From a virus (taxonomy: Duplodnaviria > Caudoviricetes), in the IMG/VR virus record IMGVR_UViG_3300020463_000061, positions 1-34,682 of that record: a stretch of 34,682 bases of DNA; one strand, written 5' to 3'. A program made the position numbers and the translations under genes. Position 1 is the stretch's first letter. Each line of letters opens with the position of its first letter. This document shows positions 23,470 through 33,000 of the stretch, piece by piece. Under the pieces are notes generated by a model, which worked only from the letters and a program-made list of their open reading frames with translations, was not told the origin of the DNA and did not search any database.

Positions 23470-25884
23470 ATGACATCAGACATTACTATATTCCGAAACA
23501 TTAAAGAAACAGACACACCATTTTACAGACAAGTGGACCATATATTAGAACGCATTAAAGACGGAGCATCTAAGGAACTTGTAAAACGTATCAGACTAGA
23601 GCAACGCAAAGCAGAACGCAACGAATTAAAAAAGAATTTACCCGCCATTTGTTTTTCAGGTAAGTTTATAAAAAGAAATGACAACTCCATCCAAGAGCAT
23701 TCAGGACTAATCTGTTTGGACTTTGACGGATACGAGAAAAGCAAGGAACTATTACAAGACAAAGAAAACATAACTAAGTCTCCTTATACCTTTTCAGTTT
23801 TTATTTCTCCAAGCGGTAAAGGATTGAAAGTGTTAGTGAAGATACCACAAGACGTAGACAATCACGTTAATTACTTCAATAGCTTAAATAAACATTTCAA
23901 TAATGATAAGTTTGACGTTACGTGCAAAAACTTATCACGTGTTTGTTATGAAAGTTATGACCCACTAATTTACCACAACCCTAACTCATCTGTATGGGAC
24001 AAGATAGAAGAGAAAGAATATCAAGAGAAGCACCAATACAGAGACGTTCCAACCATTCCTATAACAGACGAAAACAAAATCGTAGATATACTTATTCATT
24101 GGTGGAATAAAAAATATCCAATGGTTGAAGGACAAAGAAATCACAACTGTTATGTGTTAGCATCAGCCTTTAATGATTTTGGAATAAACAAATCGTTAGC
24201 AGGATACATATTATCTAACTATCAAACATCAGACTTTAACGAAGCAGAAATAAACAGAACTATTGACAGTGCGTATTCCAACACGCAAAATTTTGGTAGT
24301 AAATATTATGAAGATGAAGACCGTGTAAATAATTTAAAGATAAAACTTAAAAGAGGCTCATCAAAAAAAGAGATTCGCTCCCAACTAGAGGACAGTCAAT
24401 TGGAGAGCGACGTAATAGATGCAGTCCTCACACGTATAGACGAAGAAGCACAAGAGACACAGTTTTGGACAAAAAACGATAAGGGAACTATTAAAATTAT
24501 TCACGTGTTGTTCAAGCAGTTTTTGGAAGACAACGGATTCTATAAGTATTGTCCCGAAGGTGGAAAGAATTATGTGTTTGTCAAAGTGACTAACAACTTG
24601 ATAGACCACACTGATGAGAAAAGTATTAAAGACTTTATTCTAAACTACCTCCTTGAGATTGATGACCTAAGTATATATAATTACTTTGCAGACCAAACAA
24701 GATTTTTTAGAGAAGAGTTTTTGACATTACTTTCTACAATAGATATTTATTTTATAGAAGATAATAAGGATACTTCTTATTTATATTTCAGAAACTGTGC
24801 GGTAAAGATTACACCTAAAGAACAAACCATTATAGATTACATAGACTTAGGAGGCTACGTTTGGAAAGACCACGTGATAAATAGAAACTTTACTTCTTGT
24901 GAAGACAACACAGACTACAAAAAATTTGTTAGTAACATTTGTAAAGGAGAAGAAGACAGAGTTAAATCAATGGAGAGTACGATAGGTTTTATGATGCACG
25001 GTCACAAAAACTTATCTTATTGCCCGGCAGTAATTCTGAATGATGAGGTAATATCAGACAACCCCGAGGGTGGTACGGGTAAAGGAATTTTTATGAATGC
25101 GCTCAGTCAAATGAAAAAAGTAGTTACCATAGACGGAAAAGCATTTGCATTCGAAAGGTCTTTTGCTTATCAGCTTGTATCAGCCGATACTCAGATACTT
25201 GTTTTCGATGATGTAAAGAAACACTTTGACTTTGAAAGACTGTTTAGTGTAGTAACAGAAGGTATGACGTTGGAAAAGAAAAATAAAGACGCAATAAAAA
25301 TACCTTTTAGCAAGTCTCCCAAGATAGCTATTACAACTAACTACGCAATAAAAGGCAGTGGTAATTCCTTTGCAAGACGTAAGTGGGAACTAGAACTTCA
25401 TCAGCATTATAATAAAAACCATACTCCCGTAGATGAATTTAAAAAATTATTCTTTGGAGATTGGAATGATGATGAGTGGTGTGCCTTTGATAACTATATG
25501 ATAAACTGTTTACAGGGATACCTCAACACAGGATTGGTCCAAAGCAAATTTGTAAATCTAAAAAAGAGACAGTTATCTGCTGAAACTTGCCACGACTTTA
25601 TAGAATGGTGTGGCTTGATTAACGGTAGTGAACCTAGTGATGTGCTACGAACAGACGTTAGGATTAGTTTACAAAACGCATACATAGATTTTATTGAACA
25701 CTATCCTGACTACGGTCCTAAAGCAAAACTAACAATTAGTAGAATTAGATTCAACAAATGGATGGTTGCCTATGCGGTATTTAAAACCGGTAGTTCACCC
25801 GAGGAAGGTAGAGACCACTCCGGAAAATGGATGAGATTAAAAAGAGCAGATGAAGTGAACTCTCAATCAAGATTAAATGTGTGA
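23470..25884 (+). CDS. Primase-helicase (BT4734/VirE-N-like primase, PriCT, SF3-like helicase)
   Basis: KKNLPAICFSG, HSGLICLDFD, FISPSGKGLK, R.CYESYDP; EGQRN PriCT; EGGTGKG Walker A, VFDD Walker B, ITTN. Confidence 0.85.
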   Translation: MTSDITIFRNIKETDTPFYRQVDHILERIKDGASKELVKRIRLEQRKAERNELKKNLPAICFSGKFIKRNDNSIQEHSGLICLDFDGYEKSKELLQDKENITKSPYTFSVFISPSGKGLKVLVKIPQDVDNHVNYFNSLNKHFNNDKFDVTCKNLSRVCYESYDPLIYHNPNSSVWDKIEEKEYQEKHQYRDVPTIPITDENKIVDILIHWWNKKYPMVEGQRNHNCYVLASAFNDFGINKSLAGYILSNYQTSDFNEAEINRTIDSAYSNTQNFGSKYYEDEDRVNNLKIKLKRGSSKKEIRSQLEDSQLESDVIDAVLTRIDEEAQETQFWTKNDKGTIKIIHVLFKQFLEDNGFYKYCPEGGKNYVFVKVTNNLIDHTDEKSIKDFILNYLLEIDDLSIYNYFADQTRFFREEFLTLLSTIDIYFIEDNKDTSYLYFRNCAVKITPKEQTIIDYIDLGGYVWKDHVINRNFTSCEDNTDYKKFVSNICKGEEDRVKSMESTIGFMMHGHKNLSYCPAVILNDEVISDNPEGGTGKGIFMNALSQMKKVVTIDGKAFAFERSFAYQLVSADTQILVFDDVKKHFDFERLFSVVTEGMTLEKKNKDAIKIPFSKSPKIAITTNYAIKGSGNSFARRKWELELHQHYNKNHTPVDEFKKLFFGDWNDDEWCAFDNYMINCLQGYLNTGLVQSKFVNLKKRQLSAETCHDFIEWCGLINGSEPSDVLRTDVRISLQNAYIDFIEHYPDYGPKAKLTISRIRFNKWMVAYAVFKTGSSPEEGRDHSGKWMRLKRADEVNSQSRLNV

Positions 25885-26122
25885 AATAAACCGAGCAATG
25901 ATAAATACTTTAAACGTCTTTAATGGTGATGTGACCATTGAAGAATTGATTATGCAAGGTGAGGGTTGGTTTGTCTTTAATCCTGAAAAGACCGTGTCTT
26001 TAAAGACACTTCAACAAATGCTAGAATATTTTACAGAAATAGAAGATTATGAAAGATGTAAACAAGTATATAATTTAATAAACGATGGCAAAACTATTGG
26101 GAAAGACTTCAGGATGGAATGA
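25877..26122 (+). CDS. Hypothetical protein (UVR-like C-terminus)
   Basis: ...YFTEIEDYERC..V. Confidence 0.6.
   Translation: MCEINRAMINTLNVFNGDVTIEELIMQGEGWFVFNPEKTVSLKTLQQMLEYFTEIEDYERCKQVYNLINDGKTIGKDFRME
25994..26009. repeat. Perfect palindrome GTGTCTTTAAAGACAC (intragenic)
   Basis: Exact match. Confidence 0.95.
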
Positions 26123-26330
26123 CTGTGAACGTCTAAAGCAGATGGAAATACTGTTTAAAGTTATGAATAAAACAAAGACAGTAAAGATAGGCAGGGGAAA
26201 GAAAGCATACACTAAAGAAGAATTTGTTTATCAAACGGATTCAGACGACGAGGTAAGAGACAATATAAATTATTCAATCAAACACTATAAACAACTATGT
26301 TCACCTTCAGAGTATACCAAACAACAATAA
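26085..26330 (+). CDS. Hypothetical protein
   Basis: 81-aa ORF overlapping both neighbours. Confidence 0.6.
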   Translation: MAKLLGKTSGWNDCERLKQMEILFKVMNKTKTVKIGRGKKAYTKEEFVYQTDSDDEVRDNINYSIKHYKQLCSPSEYTKQQ

Positions 26331-27541
26331 TAAAAAAAGGAGTAGAGATATGTGCGAAACATAAATTCGTATACTTATCTATGGAAGTAAGAACGGGTAA
26401 GACATTGACAAGCATGGGTATAGCCGAGGAGCTTGGGTGTAAAAACGTTTTGTTTGTAACAAAAAAGAAAGCGATAAGTTCTATTGAACACGATTACAAA
26501 CTACTAAATCCGAGCTTTGAAATTACAGTTATAAATTATGAGTCACTTCATAAAGTAAAAAGTAGACCAAGTAATAGGTTTGATTATCTAGTAATAGACG
26601 AGGCGCACTCACTAGGTGCTTTCCCAAAGCCAAGTAAAAGAGCAAAAGATATTAAAAATTTAATCTCTACTAATAATAACCCTTATGTTTGTTTGATGTC
26701 GGGAACACCCACACCTGAGAGTTACAGTCAATTGTATCATCAGGTGTATGGGATTCCTACAAATCCTTTTAAAAACTATGTGAGCTTTTACAAGTTTGCT
26801 AAGGATTATGTTAAGGTCACTCAGAAAATCATCAACTCTGTATACATCAACGATTACTCTAAAGGAACATTGAATATACTATATGAAATGAAACCATATA
26901 CAATTAGCTTCACTCAAAAAGAAGCCGGATTTGTAAACCAAATAGACGAGGAAATATTAAATGTAAAGATGAAGCCCTTGACATACGAGCTTACAAAACA
27001 ATTAAGCAAGTATAAAGTAATTACCGGTGTAGGAGATACTATACTTGCAGATACACCTGCTAAAATGATGCAGAAACTACATCAAATGTATTCCGGAACT
27101 ATTATTTGCGAAAGCGGTAACGCACTTGTCCTTGACGACTCTAAAGCTATATTCATCAAAGAACATTTCAAAAACAAAAAGATTGCAATATTTTATAAAT
27201 TTAGACAAGAATACAAAGCACTAAAGAGTGTCTTTGAAGACACACTTTGTAACACAGTAGAGGAGTTCTGTAACACAGACAAATGTATTGCATTACAAAT
27301 AGTTAGTGGAAGGGAAGGTATTAGTTTAAAAGAAGCTGAAGCTATTGTTTATTACAATATAGATTTTTCTGCAACATCTTATTGGCAAAGCAGGGACCGA
27401 ATGACAACTAAAGATAGACGACATAGTAAAATTTATTGGGTGTTTTCTGAAGATGGAATTGAAAAAGATATTTACAAGACAGTCATTAAGAAGAAAGACT
27501 ATACGGTCCGACATTTTAAAAGAGATTTATTAACTTTGTAA
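26297..27541 (+). CDS. SNF2-like SF2 helicase
   Basis: RVYQ, MEVRTGKT, INYESL, VIDEAH, MSGTP, GREGISL, QSRDR. Confidence 0.85.
   Translation: MFTFRVYQTTIIKKGVEICAKHKFVYLSMEVRTGKTLTSMGIAEELGCKNVLFVTKKKAISSIEHDYKLLNPSFEITVINYESLHKVKSRPSNRFDYLVIDEAHSLGAFPKPSKRAKDIKNLISTNNNPYVCLMSGTPTPESYSQLYHQVYGIPTNPFKNYVSFYKFAKDYVKVTQKIINSVYINDYSKGTLNILYEMKPYTISFTQKEAGFVNQIDEEILNVKMKPLTYELTKQLSKYKVITGVGDTILADTPAKMMQKLHQMYSGTIICESGNALVLDDSKAIFIKEHFKNKKIAIFYKFRQEYKALKSVFEDTLCNTVEEFCNTDKCIALQIVSGREGISLKEAEAIVYYNIDFSATSYWQSRDRMTTKDRRHSKIYWVFSEDGIEKDIYKTVIKKKDYTVRHFKRDLLTL
27228..27243. repeat. 16-bp palindrome variant GTGTCTTTGAAGACAC (inside helicase)
   Basis: One mismatch. Confidence 0.85.
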
Positions 27542-27543
27542 AG

Positions 27544-27774
27544 ATGAAAAAGTTTATTATCTTTTTTATCATTTGGGTGAGTCAAAACCTCGCTATACCC
27601 TTTTGGATTGTTGGACACATACATCTGACATTAAATGTTTATGCTGATTTAAAAGAAATATTTGCGTCAGTAGGAATGAACTTAATAGTAATAGTAGGTT
27701 TCATTTTAGATTACCGAAACAGTTTAAAAGATGACCGAACAAGAGATACAAAAGAAAAGAATAAAGCAACTTGA
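27544..27774 (+). CDS. Small membrane protein
   Basis: Two hydrophobic segments. Confidence 0.6.
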   Translation: MKKFIIFFIIWVSQNLAIPFWIVGHIHLTLNVYADLKEIFASVGMNLIVIVGFILDYRNSLKDDRTRDTKEKNKAT

Positions 27775-27973
27775 AAGTGAAGGTTACTACGTTATAAAGT
27801 TAATCAACACAAACAAGAATGGAATACCGGACTTAATAGCCATTCCTCCAAAAGCTAACGTTCTTTTCAGTGAAATTAAAAAACCCAAAGGTAAAACCTC
27901 TAAGCTACAAGAGTTTAGAATTAAAGAACTTAATGAATATGGCTTTGAAACAGAGATATATAGAGGCGATTGA
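27731..27973 (+). CDS. VRR-NUC domain nuclease
   Basis: MTEQEIQ...GIPDLI...FSEIKKPKGK.S.LQ.FRI..L...GF. Confidence 0.85.
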   Translation: MTEQEIQKKRIKQLESEGYYVIKLINTNKNGIPDLIAIPPKANVLFSEIKKPKGKTSKLQEFRIKELNEYGFETEIYRGD

Positions 27974-28313
27974 TTTATATTATGAAGTAGACGATTGGTT
28001 TGTAACTCAACTTAAAGAGTTTCCACGGCTTGTTGGCATAGAAATAGCAGCACAAGTAAACTCATCGTACGATTCACTACCGCAAAAAAATGGATGGTCA
28101 CAGACCGTAGGTGGTGTATGCAAAGACTTTAAACCACCTGTATATTTCGAAGTTGAATATTTAAACCAAGAGGATGAGCCCCCATTCTTTCTCGACGTAG
28201 TAACTATTGAGGTAGACGATTACCTTGATTATATAATAGAAAAAAACACACTTAAATCTAAATCAAATGCAATCACTAATAAAAACAAACAGAACGTTTC
28301 ATGTCCTCGCTAA
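27933..28313 (+). CDS. Hypothetical acidic protein
   Basis: ORF 27870..28313; ATG at 27933 or 27939 more likely. Confidence 0.6.
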   Translation: MNMALKQRYIEAIDLYYEVDDWFVTQLKEFPRLVGIEIAAQVNSSYDSLPQKNGWSQTVGGVCKDFKPPVYFEVEYLNQEDEPPFFLDVVTIEVDDYLDYIIEKNTLKSKSNAITNKNKQNVSCPR

Positions 28314-28791
28314 AATTATAGACCAATCTCTTAACATAGATATTAAAACATCTTGCAGAAAAAGAGAAACTGTAAACGGGAGAATGATTTATTATAAAAT
28401 TCTAAACGAGTTAAAGTTTGGATGTAGTGCAATCGGAAAAAGTTTAGGTAAAAATCACGCTACTGTCCTGCACGGACTAAAACAGTTTGGTGATTTATGG
28501 GTGACAGAAAAGCAACTGAGAGAGGAATACTATCTGATAAAAGAAATGTTTTTCAATGAAAGCAATTTAGATGCACACGAGTCTTATAGTAGAAAAGAAT
28601 TATTTAAAAGCGTTAAATATTTGGAAAACGAAAATAAAAGTTTAACTTTGGAAGTAGAACGGTTGAACAATCGTCTAAATTCAAGAAACAAATTTAGCGA
28701 CACTATTGAAATTCTTGAAAGAAGACACCTCAGTTTAGACCAATTAAATAAAATTAACTCAAAACTAACACATATTATAAATGGTGTATAG
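28267..28791 (+). CDS. DnaA domain IV-like HTH protein with coiled-coil tail
   Basis: RKRETVNGRMIYYKI...SAIGKSLGKNHATVLHGLK. Confidence 0.75.
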   Translation: MQSLIKTNRTFHVLAKIIDQSLNIDIKTSCRKRETVNGRMIYYKILNELKFGCSAIGKSLGKNHATVLHGLKQFGDLWVTEKQLREEYYLIKEMFFNESNLDAHESYSRKELFKSVKYLENENKSLTLEVERLNNRLNSRNKFSDTIEILERRHLSLDQLNKINSKLTHIINGV

Positions 28792-29029
28792 CATTCAGGA
28801 TATAGATAAAATAATTCAATTTTCGTCTTGGAATGAAAAGAAAAAAATAGATGAGCTTTTACGTATTGATTGCAATATGTATGCTAATTTAGGTACAGAC
28901 TCAAATAAAAAAGACCGGGAACAGGTCAAAATCAATTCACGAAAAATTTACAGACATATAAAAAAAATAAATCCACGCATAGGTTCAGAGTTTCTTAATG
29001 CTATGGATAATGAAAAACATATAGAATAA
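28781..29029 (+). CDS. Hypothetical protein
   Basis: 82-aa ORF. Confidence 0.65.
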   Translation: MVYSIQDIDKIIQFSSWNEKKKIDELLRIDCNMYANLGTDSNKKDREQVKINSRKIYRHIKKINPRIGSEFLNAMDNEKHIE

Positions 29030-29221
29030 GTGGTAGGCATATCATCCATAGATGCAGAAAGAATAAAACACATCAACTATCTAATGGATGGATTACATAA
29101 CCGACTGACAAATCTATACGAAGCACTTGCCGACAAAGAAACAGACCAAGCCAAACAAGAAGTCAAAATATTAATTGAAGATTTAAAAAACCTTCATGAC
29201 TCTTTAGAAGATGACTTATAA
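29030..29221 (+). CDS. Hypothetical helical protein
   Basis: 63-aa ORF, GTG start abutting the previous stop. Confidence 0.55.
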   Translation: MVGISSIDAERIKHINYLMDGLHNRLTNLYEALADKETDQAKQEVKILIEDLKNLHDSLEDDL

Positions 29222-29597
29222 GGTTTGTACAAGTTGCAAGAAAAAAAAACACACATCAGACTACTACCTCACAGGAAAAATAACAAAATCAGGTAGAAAT
29301 ATTCCTAATCGTAGATGTAAAAGTTGTGTTACTCAAACCAAAAAAGACAGACGCCACAACATTAGAGCGTGGCTAAAACAATATAAAAGAAATTGTGCTT
29401 GTGCTTTGTGCGGATATTCAAAAGAAACTCACCCTAATTTCACCATAACGGCTTTAGAGTTTCATCACCCTCAGAACAATAAAGAGTTCGCAGTGGGAGA
29501 AGCAGCAGCTAGAGGGATGGCGATAAAAAAAATTAAAAAAGAAATAGATAAATGTGTTATCTTGTGCTCACGTTGTCATACAGAAATTCATAGTTAA
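29211..29597 (+). CDS. HNH endonuclease with Zn fingers
   Basis: CxxC...CxxC, CALCG...ALEFHH...EIDKCVILCSRCH.EIH. Confidence 0.8.
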   Translation: MTYKVCTSCKKKKHTSDYYLTGKITKSGRNIPNRRCKSCVTQTKKDRRHNIRAWLKQYKRNCACALCGYSKETHPNFTITALEFHHPQNNKEFAVGEAAARGMAIKKIKKEIDKCVILCSRCHTEIHS

Positions 29598-30008
29598 ATG
29601 AGATTCGAATCTAATAAAGATTTAAAAAGAGAAAAAAAAGCAATCGAAAAGTTTGTAAGCAGGTTTAAAGGAACTTATAAAAAACTTGGAGAAAACGACG
29701 TAGACTACAGAGTCTTTGATGAAAATGGCAAACTTATATCTTACGTAGAGGTAAAAGGTAGGTACAGAAACATAGCAGAAGCATATCCACTACCGGTTGC
29801 CGCAAGAAAAATAGTTAAGTTGTGTGACAAAAGGTTAAACCCTGTAATTATATGGGCTTGTGATGATGGCATCATATACGGACTTCCATCAGAAATCAAG
29901 GGCGAAGTACGTTGGGGAGGGAGAAAGCCCCGCAGAGGAGCTTATAATGACGAAGAGCTTATGTTATATTATCCTAAACAAAAGACGTTTAGATATTTTA
30001 AATATTAG
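29598..30008 (+). CDS. PD-(D/E)XK nuclease-like protein
   Basis: DVDY...YVEVKGR motif. Confidence 0.65.
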   Translation: MRFESNKDLKREKKAIEKFVSRFKGTYKKLGENDVDYRVFDENGKLISYVEVKGRYRNIAEAYPLPVAARKIVKLCDKRLNPVIIWACDDGIIYGLPSEIKGEVRWGGRKPRRGAYNDEELMLYYPKQKTFRYFKY

Positions 30009-33000
30009 TCTATTGGATACAACTTGCCGTTGATTTCTTTATAACCCATGTCTTCGAGCATTTGTTTTCTTTGCTCTCTTTGTTCTTTTCTAATTCTGTC
30101 TTTCTCTCCATACTTCATTTCATACAACTCAGGGTCATATCTTTTTAAATCAGTCTTTGTTTTGATACCGCCTTGTGGAATAATACCCTCTACTGAAGAA
30201 CCTCTTTGTCCAAAACCCGGTCTGTATGAAGGTGTAATACCTAGGAAGTCATATATGTTTTCATAAAACTCTTCTTGTGAGGTATTGCCAAACACCCCAT
30301 CCTCAATTGCGTTTATCAGCCCAACAAACGGGTCAACCTGTGCACCCATATAAAGCTCTACAAGTGGTGTTACTGCTGCTAAAACCTTTCTTGCTACTGA
30401 CCCGTCTACCTCTTGTGCTTCTCTATATTGTCTTCCTATTTTACTTAAAATGGAAGTAAATGGATTCACTACGTCATCAACAGGCTTATACCCTTCTCCT
30501 CTAAACCTATTTATTCCGGTTTCTGCTGCCGCACCTATTAGTGGAATTTGATACAATAAGTTTAATCCTAACATTGCATCTGTTATTTTTCTAACAAAAG
30601 CATCTTTATCATCATCATCACCTCTTGTAAGCAACGCTATGTTTGATACACCCACAAACAATACATTGGCTACTGCAAAGTTTAGATAGAAGTCTCTTAC
30701 GTTTTGCTTGTCTTCTAATAATTGTTTCGTACCACGAGCCGTTTTTTTAAGTGTATTTCCTTCTGCTTCAAAACCTGCTAAAAAACTTTTACTTAAATTG
30801 TTTGTACTTTGCATTACCTTATTAATCTGCAAGAATAATGTACTACCAAACATAGTAAAAGCACGAGACGCAAAGTCTCCTTGTAATTGTAATAGTATTT
30901 TTTCCGTACCTCTTCTTGTTTGTTGTGTAGCATTATAATCATTGAACTCTTCCAATGCCTGTGCTTCACTCATGCCGTTGGCTATATTACGTTTGTAATT
31001 TATATAGTAACCCATTACTCCTAAAATATCTCCTAATATTGTAGGACTAGCTGCCACTCTTTTAAAACCTTTTCTAATTTTTTGCAATCGACCTCCGACA
31101 CCTTCACCTACTTGTTTTTGCGTAATAGAACCGGCTTCAAGCCCATAAATATCGCCTTCCAATCCTTCCCTAATCCTTTGGTCAAAGGTTGCAGACATTT
31201 CTCTTGCTTTTGCAATAACTCCTTTACGTCCAACTAAATCAGGAAGAACACCAAATAAAACACCTGCGGCATCTGTAATAAACATAGCCAACTCAAAAGG
31301 ACCTCTTACTGCTTTAGGTATTGCACTGTCGGCTTTGAAATAATTATATTGTGAAAATGCATTTACAAAAGAGGTTGCTTGTTTTAGAATTTGAATTGCT
31401 TTAAACGCTAATGCAAAGCCTGTAAATTTGTTTGCTACTTTTTGCATAAAGTTTCCTGATGCATCTACACCTGCGGCACTTGCTGCAGATTGCGGGTTTA
31501 CAGTAGCATTTACTAATGTTTTTAGTAATGCTTTCATTCCTGTTACATCAAGCAACAAATCAACGGATGGTATATTAAAAAATTGATTTAGTTCTTGCAC
31601 AGGTATAGCCATGGCTTTATATGTTTCCATAGTATCCACGTGGTTTTGCATTGTGTCTATAAAACCTGCAGCTTTCAATATTATCGGACTAAAATTATCT
31701 GTACGCTCTTTAAATGCAGGTGCAGTTTCTGATGAGAATATACCATTAAAGTCTCCGTTTTCTAATAGTTTCCCGTCAACTTTAGTTCTTTCTGTTTTAG
31801 TTGGGAAATAGTTCTCAACAAACCCTAAATTGATTCCGTTAGCTTGTTTATACACCGCATTTACTTCGTTAAAATATTCTGTACTAAAATAATTAACAAT
31901 CTTATCTGCAAAAGAAGTAAGCTCAGGACCTAATTCATTTTTTATTTCAGCTAATACCTCATCAGTAATGCCCATATTTTCAAGTTTCTTTCTCTGTATT
32001 TCATTTTTGCTTAAAGCATACACCCTTAATAAGTTATTAGCATTGAGAGTTACAGTTTTTTTTCGACCTGTGGGCTGATTGTTTTTATCTATAACATTTA
32101 GAGTTAGTTTTTTTACGTTAGGTTTTCCACTTAATTTATTAATACCAAGTCTTGTGTTTAGTTTTCCTTCGAAATCAAGTAAACTTTTAAATCCTGAATC
32201 TACGGCAAAGTCATTTAACTTTCTTTGCATAGTTCTTTTGTTTTGTAAAACAACCTCTGACGCTCTGTTTAGTTTTTTATAAACTTTGTCAGTAAAAACA
32301 GTCAATCCTTTTGCTTTATTGTCTAAGAAATTGGTGACAGTTCCCATGTGAGTTATAAAATTTTTAAAACTCTTTGTAAACTTATCCCCTCTACCAAAGA
32401 TTCCTTTCACAACAGTATTATAAGCCTTCATAATACCTGCTTTCAAAAACCCTTGTTTTATGTCTTCTAGTTCCTGTTCAATTTCTTCTCTTGTTTTAGT
32501 TTCTTCAGTAAGGTTTCCGTCTTCATCTTTTCTAAACAAATCAGGGTTGGTCTCTTTAATTTGATTATTAACTTCCTCAGCTCTTTGTGCTGCTTCTGCG
32601 GCTTTTTGCAAACGTCTTGTGTTAAATTTAAGGATGCCTTCGGCTTTTATGTTTTTTATATCTGTTAGAACCGCTTGTGCTTGTTCTAAGTTACCTTCAG
32701 CTAAATCTGCATATTGGTCATACGCTAATTGCAACTGCAATAAACTTTCTTCTTTTAAGGTTAGTTCCTCATTATTAAGAACTTTTTGTGAAGCCTCAAA
32801 TATAGTCTGTTGATTTGATAAAAGATAATCAGATATTCTTTTAATAGCTTCAGAACGCTTTTCAGGGTTTTTAATCATTACTGCTTTTAAAACTTCTTTG
32901 ATGTTATCAAATACTACTTGAGTTAAAGCATCTACACCTTTAGGTCTTCGTTTTTTAGACTGTAATCTAAACGCACTTTTGGCACTGACTATTTTATATA

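Noticed and set aside
14835-26009. Palindrome repeats as a CRISPR array or as IS/MITE ends
   Set aside because: Spacing is 0.5-3 kb and irregular, many copies are in-frame inside genes, and there are no cas or transposase genes or target duplications
14835-26009. Palindromes as intrinsic terminators
   Set aside because: No consistent U-tract, many copies lie mid-gene, and strict sequence (not just pairing) conservation points to a recognition site
2653-31735. Other CTGAnGA matches (e.g. near 2654, 13400, 19033, 19605, 24611, 31729) as more hammerheads
   Set aside because: Intragenic, with no flanking stems or correctly placed GAAA
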